In this document: piece by piece, positions 9,349 through 19,491 of the stretch
Layout of the letters: each line of letters starts with the position of its first letter
Numbering within the stretch: position 1 is the stretch's first letter
Source: a virus
IMG/VR virus record: IMGVR_UViG_3300026488_000013
Coordinates: 1-64,000 of that record
Direction: 5' to 3' (one strand)
Length of the DNA: 64,000 nt
Translations under genes and position numbers: made by a program
The notes under the pieces: generated by a model
What the model saw: the letters and a program-made list of their open reading frames with translations, nothing else
What the model was told of the DNA's origin: nothing
Database searches by the model: none

Positions 9349-9606
9349 TCCTTCTTAATTTTTTTCTTAAAAAATAAGAAAAAATTTAATATTTAAAAAA
9401 TCTTCTACAGAAATAGAAAAATATGGTGGAATTGAATTTTAAAAATAAGATTCACTTGCTAATTTCAAGAAACATAATTAACATTAAAATTTTCAATATC
9501 GTTGGTATATTAGAAAGGAGGGGAAAACGGAAACAGAAATGGATTTTTGCTGTTTACACAATTAAAAAATCACAAACGTCAATTTAGCTCCTTTTTATTT
9601 TTTTAT

Positions 9607-9921
9607 AGAAAATCTGCGGGTAAAACCCTGTATCTATGGTGCAGGGATACAGCCCGACCGCCGTTAGGCGGTCGACAAATTTGAAATTTTGCATATAATT
9701 AAATTTTTAACATACCCGCCGATAGCGGGCACAAATAACAAAAATAAGCCCGCTATACCACCAACCTAAGGCGGGTATGTAGGCTAGAAGTAGCTCCACT
9801 ACCTACCTTCGGATAGGTAGGCAGGAGTAGGGGGAGCGTGAACCTCCCCGTGGTGGTAAGGCACCCCGTAGAGGGTGCAAACCCACCCGAAGCCTCGCAT
9901 CTATGATGCGGGGTAGTTCAC
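9607..9921 (+). mobile_element. ORF-less IS200/IS605-derived element (family B), copy 1, with structured RNA
   Basis: Follows TTTAT; left hairpin; TCGACA-N16-TATAAT; multiple stems; ends GAAGCCTCGCATCTATGATGCGGGGTAGTTCAC; homologous to 18232-18550. Confidence 0.85.
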
Positions 9922-10574
9922 TGTATGCCAACCAAATGTTTTAAAAATTCTATTACTTTTTCAAAGTCATTAGACCTATAAATTTCTTTTTTATCCTCAT
10001 TACCGGTATCATTTTTATCTGTTTGATTATCTATTATTCCTTCTTCTACTAACACAATTTCAATTGACTCTGTTTCATTACCATTTTCATTCAAAATTGC
10101 TTCATCGATATGAATAGGAACTTTTTCATCGCAATGCCACTTCTTGTATAATTCTTTTGCTTTCTCTGCAACTTTCTTATATTCTGGGTGTTTAAACATC
10201 CATTCGTTTGCTCTGTAATACGCCGCAACTACTAAGCCGCAATGTGGTTCGCATTTAACAACATTTCCCCTTTCATCTATAATAGGTGCCATTACAGGGA
10301 ATTTGGGATAAGGTTCTGCATCTGGAAGTAAAAATGCTTCTTTTCCACATGTCTGTAACATTTGTCGTCTCACAGATTTTCGCATTATCAACATTTTAAT
10401 TTCAGGTTCAACTAATCTTCTGGGTCTGGCGCCTTCTACAGTGGTTCGCCATTCTTTAATTATTTTCCCAACTACTTCTTTTCTGTATTCATCATTGTTT
10501 ATAAATTTATCTAAATTTACTTCTATAAATATTTCCTTCTTCGCCTTCCCACCATTACTGGTAATTTGTGACAT
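9918..10574 (-). CDS. Hypothetical protein with a Cys-containing CG..FL.P..FP..C..AAY.RA motif
   Basis: 218-aa ORF with GGAGG RBS; stop codon supplied by the element end. Confidence 0.75.
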   Translation of the reverse strand: MSQITSNGGKAKKEIFIEVNLDKFINNDEYRKEVVGKIIKEWRTTVEGARPRRLVEPEIKMLIMRKSVRRQMLQTCGKEAFLLPDAEPYPKFPVMAPIIDERGNVVKCEPHCGLVVAAYYRANEWMFKHPEYKKVAEKAKELYKKWHCDEKVPIHIDEAILNENGNETESIEIVLVEEGIIDNQTDKNDTGNEDKKEIYRSNDFEKVIEFLKHLVGIQ

Positions 10575-10627
10575 TATTAGACCTCCACTTAAACAGTTTT
10601 TAATTTTAAAAATTGTTTTCGATTAAA

Positions 10628-10822
10628 GCCAACTACCCCTCACTTCAGCAAGGGGCTTCCCGCTTCATCGTGGGCTAAGCCCACTCCACAGGCGTTACTT
10701 CCCTGCAGTCCACGGGTAGGACAGACTTTAAGGGGTCTGCTAGCCCTTTTAAAAAAACTTAAGCTCTGTGGGTTGCAGGGGATGCTTTCCCTGCAGTTAT
10801 TCCTCCTGGATAGTTTAATCTT
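10628..10822 (-). mobile_element. Family A element, copy 2 (left end missing)
   Basis: Aligns with 165-325; retains a GAAGTAACGCCTGTGGAG tnpB-tail-like segment. Confidence 0.75.
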
Positions 10823-10827
10823 ATAAA

Positions 10828-11682
10828 TTAAAAAATATTAATGTTGTTTAACAATTCTCTTAAATTAGTATGAATATCCGATAAAATATCATCTGTTCTT
10901 TTCGTGTTAATCTTCAATTCCTCATCATGGGTTAATAAATTAATCTGATATTTATCCGAAATATCAGATTTAACTATTTCAAATGTAAAGGGATATATAA
11001 ATTGATATTCATCGCCTTGGATAAATATAACCTTTCCCGTCCCGCTTAATTTATTAGTATTATCTATATTCATCTCCATCTCTATATTTTGACCATTATA
11101 TTTAAGTACTAATATATTATTGCTATCAACATTTATCATAAAATCCCGATTCTTCATTGACTCCAACGCTTTCCTGATAAATCTAGAAATTGAAGATAAG
11201 ATGATATATTCCAAATCAATAACTATATGATGCTTTTTATCTTTATTCTTTACACTTATAACCATAAAATTTCCATCTCCATCTGAAGCAACAACCTTAC
11301 CGTGTCTACATAAATTGGTCAACTTACTTTTATAATTGGAAATAAGTTGCTCAACAATTTCATTCACAACGGATGCATCTTCTATATCGCCGCACGAATA
11401 ATCTAATTCCTTAATTGTTTGGTTGCTTATCTTTTTATTCCTACTACAGTCCCATATAAATGCATCATTAAGTTTTAATTTTCCATTAATACATTCTAAT
11501 TCTATATACCCCAATGAATTCGAAATATTTCTTTTAAATAAAATCAAAACTGTTTTATCATCTTTTATTACATTAATATCGTTAATAAATATCTCACTCC
11601 AATTATTACATAATTTTTCAGCAAATCCCTTAATCATAGATTTAAATGCATCAATTACTTGAAGTTGTTTCATAAAACTCAT
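10828..11682 (-). CDS. Hypothetical protein
   Basis: 284-aa ORF with AGGAG RBS. Confidence 0.7.
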   Translation of the reverse strand: MSFMKQLQVIDAFKSMIKGFAEKLCNNWSEIFINDINVIKDDKTVLILFKRNISNSLGYIELECINGKLKLNDAFIWDCSRNKKISNQTIKELDYSCGDIEDASVVNEIVEQLISNYKSKLTNLCRHGKVVASDGDGNFMVISVKNKDKKHHIVIDLEYIILSSISRFIRKALESMKNRDFMINVDSNNILVLKYNGQNIEMEMNIDNTNKLSGTGKVIFIQGDEYQFIYPFTFEIVKSDISDKYQINLLTHDEELKINTKRTDDILSDIHTNLRELLNNINIF

Positions 11683-11708
11683 TTTCTCACCACTCCTTTT
11701 CGTAAGTT

Positions 11709-11777
11709 TAGGCCGTCCGGGCGGCCCTACCGCCCGTAAGGTGGGTGGGCCCCTCTTTTAAGAGGGGAAATTAGCCT
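11709..11777. repeat. GC-rich hairpin cluster, probable IS end remnant
   Basis: Includes CCCCTCTTTTAAGAGGGG, a palindrome similar to the family A end hairpins, in an otherwise AT-rich spacer. Confidence 0.4.
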
Positions 11778-11788
11778 GCAATATTAAA

Positions 11789-12490
11789 CTAGAAAAATAA
11801 CGGATTTGAAATAGTTGTTTGGCGGGACAATTCACTAATTATCTGCTGTTTTAATTGTTGTCCTTGTTGTATTAACAACTCTGCATTCGTCTGTATTTGG
11901 CCTATTGGTGTAGATAGTTGTTGGAATTTGGAACGGATATTTCCCAATAAAATTAAAATATCCGCATAACAGAAAGGTTTGAACCATCTGTAATATACTT
12001 CCGTTGGGATTGTTTGGGGAGATGTATGAGTTACTTTTAATTCTAAAAGAGCTGGCAAATATTTTTCTACTTCGGAAGAACTTATATTAAAAACTACCCT
12101 GTTAGAAGAGTTTTTATCTAATATTGGATATATTGGTGGATTTGTATTGGAGGTATCATTAAACCAAACGGAAATGACCGTCCCTATCGAGGAATCAAAT
12201 AGAGATGAACTATAATTGTCTGAGCTCGTATTAATCCTATGATACCACTCATATATATCTATTATCTCGAAATTCTCATCCTCAGGTATAGGAATTTCAT
12301 ATATGCCTAATTTATTATCCACAACGCAAGACCTATCTAAAATAACCCTATACCTGCGAGGAGCCCATATCGAAAATTCCTTTATTGTATGATTTTGTAG
12401 GTGTGTTAACATTTCAGCATCAGATAATTCTATTTCCTGATTAGTAAAATAGCTCTTAATGTAATTCAATATATCATTCCACGACTTCAT
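11789..12490 (-). CDS. Neck/head-completion protein (T4 gp13-like)
   Basis: C-terminal YADILILLGNIRSKF....PIGQIQTNAE resembles the gp13 family. Confidence 0.55.
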   Translation of the reverse strand: MKSWNDILNYIKSYFTNQEIELSDAEMLTHLQNHTIKEFSIWAPRRYRVILDRSCVVDNKLGIYEIPIPEDENFEIIDIYEWYHRINTSSDNYSSSLFDSSIGTVISVWFNDTSNTNPPIYPILDKNSSNRVVFNISSSEVEKYLPALLELKVTHTSPQTIPTEVYYRWFKPFCYADILILLGNIRSKFQQLSTPIGQIQTNAELLIQQGQQLKQQIISELSRQTTISNPLFF

Positions 12491-13476
12491 TATATCAGTT
12501 TTTCGATTTTATTCTTTAAATAAGAATTAACCCTTCTATTCGAAATTATCGTTTCGAAATCTACCAATTTAAAATTTTTTAAAATTAATTCTTTATATTT
12601 TTTTATTTCATCGATTTTTGAAAATATAATATTCCAATCCGGCTCTTTTAGTTCATTATCAGTCAAATTTTTCATTAATAAATTATAAAATGTTTTATAT
12701 CCAATTCTGGGAACAGATGGTATATTGTCAGACTTATCACCGCCCACAGATAAAAAATAACTTATCCAGTTAGAAACTAAATTTATTCTTTCATTTTTCC
12801 GCTTTTTCTTAATTAATTCATCTATTGCATTTTCGTTGTTAATTATTTTAGTTACGAATTTTCCGTTTTCTCTCTTATTAATAATTTGAATGATATTGTG
12901 CGGTGAAATTTTCATATTCTGGAACAAATCTTTGTCCGTAGATAAAATAATATTTAAATTCTCCGTGTCCAATAAATTTAAAAAGTTATTTTTTAAAAAA
13001 TAATACGGAATTATATCTGCTTCCTCATATTCTAAATAAACCGAAATAATATCATCGAATTTATTTAATTCTAATAATTTTTCAAAGGTATAATTTTTTA
13101 AATACTGAATTCCGTGTTTTAAATCTATTGAAAAATATTTATTTTTGGTTATTATGCCATATTCGTTTCTGTTTGATTTATATTCTGGATAAATTTCTAA
13201 ATGATACGAATAAACTCCTTTATCGTAAAAAAGAATAAATAACGGGTCATATTTTTTAAATTTGTTTTTTAACCATTCAATACAATTTATTATTTCATCG
13301 AACCATACATTTTTATAATTTAACAAAAAGGAATTGGAAATTATCTTGGAGGAGTATATGCCACGGCTAATGGAAGAAATATCCAAGAAAAAAGTTATAG
13401 TTTTAAACCTATTATTTTTTATTAATTCGAAAATAGGATTTAAATAAAAATAATACCGGACTATCTCATTTCTCAT
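12490..13476 (-). CDS. 5'-3' exonuclease / T4 RNase H-like (FEN family)
   Basis: YKSNR, EEADI, STDKDLFQ and GDKSDNIP motifs. Confidence 0.85.
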   Translation of the reverse strand: MRNEIVRYYFYLNPIFELIKNNRFKTITFFLDISSISRGIYSSKIISNSFLLNYKNVWFDEIINCIEWLKNKFKKYDPLFILFYDKGVYSYHLEIYPEYKSNRNEYGIITKNKYFSIDLKHGIQYLKNYTFEKLLELNKFDDIISVYLEYEEADIIPYYFLKNNFLNLLDTENLNIILSTDKDLFQNMKISPHNIIQIINKRENGKFVTKIINNENAIDELIKKKRKNERINLVSNWISYFLSVGGDKSDNIPSVPRIGYKTFYNLLMKNLTDNELKEPDWNIIFSKIDEIKKYKELILKNFKLVDFETIISNRRVNSYLKNKIEKLI

Positions 13477-14083
13477 CTTTTTTACTAGAATTATCTATAA
13501 TCCAATCTTTGGCTATTGAGGCAAAATCCGCCGCTAGGAGCAATAAAACCCAAGGAAAATATTTAGTTTCAAATAATTCTCCGCCACGTTGAATAAATGC
13601 ATCCTTATCGAAAGGTTTCAATTTTTCTTCAAAATTAATATGATGCCACCTAATTCCCAACTTAATTATCTGGTATATATCAGAATTTAGAAAATTCTTA
13701 AATTCATCTTTATCTTTATACTCTTTTTCAAATTCCGGTATAAATTCCTTTTCAAAATATTCGAGAGACCATTTTGCGTGGTCGTGTTGGTCTTTGCCAA
13801 AAAGTTTTCCATAATCATGAGCCAAACCTATTACTTTGAACAACCTGTAGAGATTTATATCTTTTATACCCAAAGTATTAAAAGCAATATCTGAAACTTC
13901 TAACGAATGTTCTAACAACCCGAATTTATTGGTATGATGTTGCCACAATCCTTCTACCTGTGCCGGACGCAGGTTTTCTTTATGTCTACGAAATAATTTC
14001 TCATACATCGCTTTTAAAATATTGCTATATCTATCCAACTCGCTTTTTATATCGTCGTAAGTTAAATATTTTTTGTTCTTCAT
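13466..14083 (-). CDS. HD-domain phosphohydrolase
   Basis: GLLEHSLEV, LAHDYGK, HH and AD metal ligands. Confidence 0.8.
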   Translation of the reverse strand: MKNKKYLTYDDIKSELDRYSNILKAMYEKLFRRHKENLRPAQVEGLWQHHTNKFGLLEHSLEVSDIAFNTLGIKDINLYRLFKVIGLAHDYGKLFGKDQHDHAKWSLEYFEKEFIPEFEKEYKDKDEFKNFLNSDIYQIIKLGIRWHHINFEEKLKPFDKDAFIQRGGELFETKYFPWVLLLLAADFASIAKDWIIDNSSKKDEK

Positions 14084-14189
14084 TCTTAAACTCCTTTCTA
14101 ATTAACGTTAAGCATAAGAAAAAAAATAAAGAAAAACATTTGAAACAGAAAATTGTATAAAATAGGTTTATTTATCTTATTTACTCTCC

Positions 14190-14924
14190 CTATTCTAACT
14201 CTAACTCGTCATTATCGTCACTGTCTTCATCTATTTCAAATTCGTCATCATCGATTATATCGCTATCCTTGTTGATATTTCTATTTTTGAGCGGCTTATG
14301 ACGCAAATTCTCTTCTAGTTCTTCATCTTCATCAATATCTGGTATCATATCTTCCGACTTCTTAGTATTTTTTATTTTTGTTATTTTTACACTATCATTA
14401 TCGATTTTCTTTTCTTTCTCTTTCCTAGGTCTGCCTCTTCTCCTTTTAGGTTTTTCTTCTATAGTCTCTGTATTGTTTTCAACTTCTATATCAGCCTTTC
14501 TATCTTTTTTATCGGATTTCCGTGCCGTTTTACTATCGACACATTCATCTCCAAATACACATAACATCCTTTCTATATCATCTTCCTCAGCTATTCCTTC
14601 GCCCTCTACATATATTTTTTTTAATTCTTCTATAATCTCTCTTATTATTTCTCTTTGATGTTTTATTAGCTCCTCAAATAATTCTTTATCCTCAGGATTA
14701 TTTTTCCTTATAACAACAGGTATCACTATATATTTGTCCTTATGATATTTTTCTAAATTTTCCAGGAATCCACAATCTTTTTTTATATTGTATGTTCCAA
14801 ATACATGCTTAAGTATTTCTTCCCTTTCGTTATCCAATTCAAATTCGGATATAAATTTTAGAATGTTTTTTATAAATGCCTTAACAACCTTTTCACAAGT
14901 TGTCTCAATTTTTTTTCTAGCCAT
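14190..14924 (-). CDS. Putative DNA-binding protein with AT-hook and acidic tail
   Basis: KRRRGRPRK; D/E-rich C-terminus; promoter motif at 14933-14942. Confidence 0.65.
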   Translation of the reverse strand: MARKKIETTCEKVVKAFIKNILKFISEFELDNEREEILKHVFGTYNIKKDCGFLENLEKYHKDKYIVIPVVIRKNNPEDKELFEELIKHQREIIREIIEELKKIYVEGEGIAEEDDIERMLCVFGDECVDSKTARKSDKKDRKADIEVENNTETIEEKPKRRRGRPRKEKEKKIDNDSVKITKIKNTKKSEDMIPDIDEDEELEENLRHKPLKNRNINKDSDIIDDDEFEIDEDSDDNDELELE

Positions 14925-15207
14925 ACTGATTGATTATCCATAAATATTTTTAAATTAAAAAATTAATACTCTGGTTTTCATAACTTCTCTATTTATTTTT
15001 TTCAAATAATTTATTTTACAATTGAAAAAATAATTTTGATTATCTTATAATTTCGATTTTAAAAAATAAAGTAAAAGAAATATTAATTTTTTTTGTTTAA
15101 AATATTTTTAACTTAATTTTTTTAAACTTTTTAAATCGATTTTTTATTTTAAATTTTGAAAAATAAAAACTCTTTATTTTTCAAGAAAAATAGAAAATAT
15201 ATTTTTC

Positions 15208-15340
15208 CACATAATTCTTAAATAAATGTTCTTTCAGAAATTAATTTATTCCACAAATATGTATCTTATATAATAGGTATCTCTTTTATTTATATCTTTA
15301 TCTGATGGATGTATAATTCCATTTGTTTTAGATATTAAAT
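15208..15340. repeat. About 130-bp noncoding repeat, copy 1, in a 1-kb AT-rich intergenic region
   Basis: Aligns with 47752-47878; a 35-bp sub-motif recurs at 15501-15535 and 15871-15905. Confidence 0.75.
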
Positions 15341-15969
15341 GTAGCTTGTTATTAATTTTTTTTCAAATAAATTTTCTTGAAAAGTAATATTTCTCTCTCT
15401 CTTAAAAAACTTTTATTCCAGTTGAATATATTGCTTCATATAATTATTTACAAAACTTTCTAAGTTAAAAGTAATAAATGTTATTCTTATACAAAGTACT
15501 CTCTTTTATAGTAGTTATATCCGATGGAAGTATATAATTAGTTGTGTGAAAACAAAATACTGTTTTATATAATATTTGCTTGTGATTTTGTAGATAATTA
15601 TTAAGTTATTTTAAATTTTTATTCACGTGCTATCTAATAATGATTTTAAATTATGGTTTTAAAAATAAATTATTTTTTTATTAAAAAAATTTCTGTATAG
15701 CCTTTCAAAAGACATTTAAATTTATTTTTTTAAATATTGTATCAATTGAAAAAATGGTCCTTTTTTATTGTTTAAAAAACTTTTAATTTTTGTTAAATCC
15801 GTAATATGAAACTTTTAGCTGTTAAACAGATTTAATAAAGTATAATACATTCTCCTATGTATAGTATTTTTCTTTTTATAAAGATTATATCCGATGGAAG
15901 TATATTAATGTTTTAGAGTATATACAATAGTATTTGTGTGATAAAAACGATTTACATGTGTAATGCTAA

Positions 15970-15979
15970 TATGGATAAT
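15970..15979 (+). promoter_or_regulatory. Phage promoter-like motif TATGGATAAT
   Basis: 8 nt before ATG 15988; no SD. Confidence 0.75.
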
Positions 15980-15987
15980 AGATTTGT

Positions 15988-17379
15988 ATGAACTTTATAA
16001 ATGTGGTAAGGAAAAAGAAATTTGAAGATTATCAAAAATACCACAATGGAAAGATTACGATAGAAAATTTTAGAGAGCATGATTATAGAAGAATGGATGA
16101 ATATATTGTAAATGTGTTTGAAGATTTCCAAAATTTAACCTTAAATGGCGGCGGAAGAACGATAGAATTTGAAATAATGGATTGGTGGAAATCGGATAAA
16201 TATTTTAGCCCATATGTGGATAAAACAGTAGTGGTTGAGTATGTCATAAAAGCTAATATCAAAACCAAATCACCCAAGACTGGAGAAATAAAATCTAATA
16301 ATGAAGCTACTCTTAAAATATTGGTTCCCAAATTAATGAATAAAAAATTATTTTATCTCTATGATAACATTTATATTCCAGTATTATATATGTTCGACAA
16401 TTTTGTCCGGATATATAAGAAAGGAATAAGAATAGATTTACCATTATACGGAATAAATTTAGATTTTGAGTCTAACAAGGTAACTTTACGGAATACAAAA
16501 TATAACCGCCCGCTAAATTTGACGGTATTTTTATACTTCATATTCGATGCTCATAAAAGCGAAAAAAACTATAGAATTTTTAAAAAAATAATGTTTAAAA
16601 ATTATGCAAAATATATAAATAACTCTAAGAAAGTTTCGCAACTTATAAGAAATTTTGATAAAAATTTAAATAAATGGGTCGAAAATGAAATAGAATATTT
16701 CAGATATTATTATATGATGAATTATCTTTGGATGGTAGATGAAGATTTGAAAATATTTGACGTAAAAATGGATTTTGGGAAAATGTTGAAAAAAATAATA
16801 GATACTTATCTATTAGGTTTTAGGATAAATAAGGAGTCGTTATATAGCGAGCTCCCTAAAGACATTGTTGATGGTGGGATTAAAAAAATACTTTTTTATC
16901 TAATTAAAAATTACATAATTACGGATGAAGATATAAATCAAGATTTTATAAACAATGTTAATTTGAAAAATAGAAGAATATTGTTTCTGGAAAATATGGT
17001 GCGTCCGCTTTATTGGAACTTGTTAAGATATATAAACGCTGTGAGCAGAGATACTAAATACGGATTTGAAATAGCGGATATAATTTATGATGGAAGCATT
17101 GTAAATGAATTCGTTTCTTCTCAGATAAAAAGATACAAAGGAAAATACTTATGGGATTTTCCTACCCCATATTGTGGTGTGCGAGCAGCCCAAATATTAA
17201 ATTATGATGGGGACGAAGATAAAATAAATTTAGATACAAGATTATTGCATGATTCTCAGTATAACATAATATGTCCTATTGCTACATCCAGTTCGCACCC
17301 GGGAATAGTTTTACATACTGTGCCGGAAACACCCCTAGATAAATATGGCCATTTTGTGGAAAAATTTGAAAAATATTAA
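15988..17379 (+). CDS. Phage RNA polymerase beta subunit, N-terminal fragment
   Basis: C-terminal RLLHDSQYNIICPIATSSSHPG matches RpoB RDVHxSHYGRICPIETPEGPN; N-terminal ILVPKL...FYLYDNIYIP. Confidence 0.75.
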   Translation: MNFINVVRKKKFEDYQKYHNGKITIENFREHDYRRMDEYIVNVFEDFQNLTLNGGGRTIEFEIMDWWKSDKYFSPYVDKTVVVEYVIKANIKTKSPKTGEIKSNNEATLKILVPKLMNKKLFYLYDNIYIPVLYMFDNFVRIYKKGIRIDLPLYGINLDFESNKVTLRNTKYNRPLNLTVFLYFIFDAHKSEKNYRIFKKIMFKNYAKYINNSKKVSQLIRNFDKNLNKWVENEIEYFRYYYMMNYLWMVDEDLKIFDVKMDFGKMLKKIIDTYLLGFRINKESLYSELPKDIVDGGIKKILFYLIKNYIITDEDINQDFINNVNLKNRRILFLENMVRPLYWNLLRYINAVSRDTKYGFEIADIIYDGSIVNEFVSSQIKRYKGKYLWDFPTPYCGVRAAQILNYDGDEDKINLDTRLLHDSQYNIICPIATSSSHPGIVLHTVPETPLDKYGHFVEKFEKY

Positions 17380-17454
17380 TTAGGCATATATAAACGTTTC
17401 CTTCCATATTAATTTTTGAAAGTTAAAGAAAAAGAATATGGATAATTAAAAAGT

Positions 17455-17661
17455 ATGAGGAAAAATGAGGTTTTTATGAGCTTGTGGGAAGCGATTGAAG
17501 ACTATTGTGAACGACATAATGCTCATCCATATGAGGTGAAATACATTATTCATAAAAAACCATGGTTCGATGGCGATACATACCAAATAAAAATTGGAAT
17601 AGAAAAAGACGGAGAAATATTCCTCCAAGATATAGAATATTATGAAGTTGAAGAGATTTGA
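17455..17661 (+). CDS. Small hypothetical protein
   Basis: Promoter motif 17437-17446 at 8 nt. Confidence 0.7.
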   Translation: MRKNEVFMSLWEAIEDYCERHNAHPYEVKYIIHKKPWFDGDTYQIKIGIEKDGEIFLQDIEYYEVEEI

Positions 17662-17807
17662 TTCTCTCTTTTTTATTTTTTAATATAACATAACGAAAAA
17701 AGAAATAACTTTAATTAAACTAAATGTAAAAGTATATAAAAGTTCGGCAAGTATGGTTGGCTCGGTCAAAAGAAATTCTGCAGATAAGTTGTCAAATTCA
17801 TTGGTAA

Positions 17808-18149
17808 TTATTTTTTATTTATCGATTGTGTTTTTTTGTGTTTATAAATTTTATATCCAATATATGTCAAAAAACCTAATATTGATAGTGTTGCTATCAA
17901 TATTAAATTGTTATTATAGTTCCTTTCGTTGTCTTTTTCACTATTTGTTGAATTATTAGTGTTTCCAGTAGTTCCCTTTGCATGCATATGATGTATAGCT
18001 ATGTTTTTATTGTTATCGTATGATATGTTTTCTTCTGTTATATGAGTATGATAGCTATGGTGACTATGGTGTCCGCCGTGTCCACCTTTTGCATAAGTAA
18101 TACCTATACATATGGAAAATAATGTTGCAACAACTGTCAATTTTTTCAT
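17808..18149 (-). CDS. Exported His-rich membrane-anchored protein
   Basis: Signal peptide, GGHGGHHSHHSYHTH and a C-terminal TM helix. Confidence 0.65.
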   Translation of the reverse strand: MKKLTVVATLFSICIGITYAKGGHGGHHSHHSYHTHITEENISYDNNKNIAIHHMHAKGTTGNTNNSTNSEKDNERNYNNNLILIATLSILGFLTYIGYKIYKHKKTQSINKK

Positions 18150-18231
18150 GCCTATCTCATATATATAAAAAAACGCATTAATATTAAATTTCTCTATTTA
18201 ATAATCTTCTAAAATCTTCTTCTGAATTTAT

Positions 18232-18550
18232 AGAAAATCTGCGGGGTAAAACCCCATATCTATGATGCGAGGATATAGCCTGCCCCACCGTTAGGCGGTG
18301 GACAAATTTGAAATTTTACATATAATTAAAATCTTAACATACCCGCCGATAGCGAGCCTAAATAACAAAAATAAGCCCGTTATACCACCGACCTAAGGCG
18401 GGTATGCAGGCTGAAAGTAGCTCCACTATCCCGCTGTATGGTGGGATAGGCAGGAGTAGGGGCGGTGTGAACCCGCCCGTGGTGGTAAGGCACCGCTTGG
18501 ACGGTGCAAACCCACCCGAAGCCTCGCATCATAGATGCGAGGCAGTTCAC
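18232..18550 (+). mobile_element. Family B element, copy 2
   Basis: Follows TTTAT, ends GTTCAC; colinear with 9607-9921, with compensatory changes in stems. Confidence 0.85.
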
Positions 18551-18602
18551 TTCCGGTCATATCAATTTTTCGACATAAAAATTTTATCTGAAAAAAACCG
18601 TT

Positions 18603-19265
18603 ATGGCACACTATTTAATTGGTGGAGTTAGCACTTTACACGCATCTAAGATTAAAGACATTTCTGACCTAATTGATGTTGATAAATATGGTTTTTATAA
18701 ATACAAAAACCATATTAAATTATATTTGGAGGACAAATATGCTAAAGGCGAGCCATTTTATTTAATTCCGTCTTTAACCAAGCTTAATTGTAGCAATAAT
18801 CTCGTTAAAATTTTTAATAAAAAAGTAAAATCTGGCACAGACGAATACAACATCGTTATATATGTATATAACATCGACAGAAATTTCATTGATAATTTTT
18901 ACAAAACTTATCTCACTTGTATTTATAAAACAATAGAAATTTTGCAAAGCAAATTAAATGATGAAAAGGTTATAAATTTATACCATGTTGTTGAAAATGC
19001 ATATAAATTTTTTATTCATCATATTGTTAACAACCGTAAATATCAATCAATAATATTGGATTATACTGATATGAATGCTTTTTCTATGGATGAAGATTAT
19101 AAGCTAAGAAGTGTTAAAGAGGAGTTTTGTAATCAACCCGGACACATCGAAAACTTAATATTGAAGTTAATAAAAGATTGTCAGGAAAAATATGATACGA
19201 TAGAAAATTTCGAGAAAAATACAAACATCTTATTTAAGTTTTTGTCTGGCCAGAGCAAACTATGA
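18603..19265 (+). CDS. Hypothetical protein
   Basis: 220-aa ORF. Confidence 0.65.
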   Translation: MAHYLIGGVSTLHASKIKDISDLIDVDKYGFYKYKNHIKLYLEDKYAKGEPFYLIPSLTKLNCSNNLVKIFNKKVKSGTDEYNIVIYVYNIDRNFIDNFYKTYLTCIYKTIEILQSKLNDEKVINLYHVVENAYKFFIHHIVNNRKYQSIILDYTDMNAFSMDEDYKLRSVKEEFCNQPGHIENLILKLIKDCQEKYDTIENFEKNTNILFKFLSGQSKL

Positions 19266-19491
19266 GATGATATTGAAAGAAATCATTACCAGTATTGATA
19301 AGATATACAAATTAATAGGTTATAGCATTAACGAAGTTATTTAATTGTTTTTGCTTTATAGAGAATTCTCAAAATGGAACTGGTTTAATGGGAGCGAGCC
19401 TATTTTCCCCAAAAATTTGATTGTTTTTTGCCACGAAGGTCTGAGAATGCATTAATAATCAGAATAAAAGAAAATAAAAAATAAAGTAAAT

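Noticed and set aside
9607-11777. GC-rich islands as tRNA genes
   Set aside because: No cloverleaf or T-loop consensus; explained by IS605-type ends
18404-18631. ORFs 18404-18631 (+) and 18426-18611 (-)
   Set aside because: They fall in the GC-rich structured element; copy differences preserve stems rather than codons
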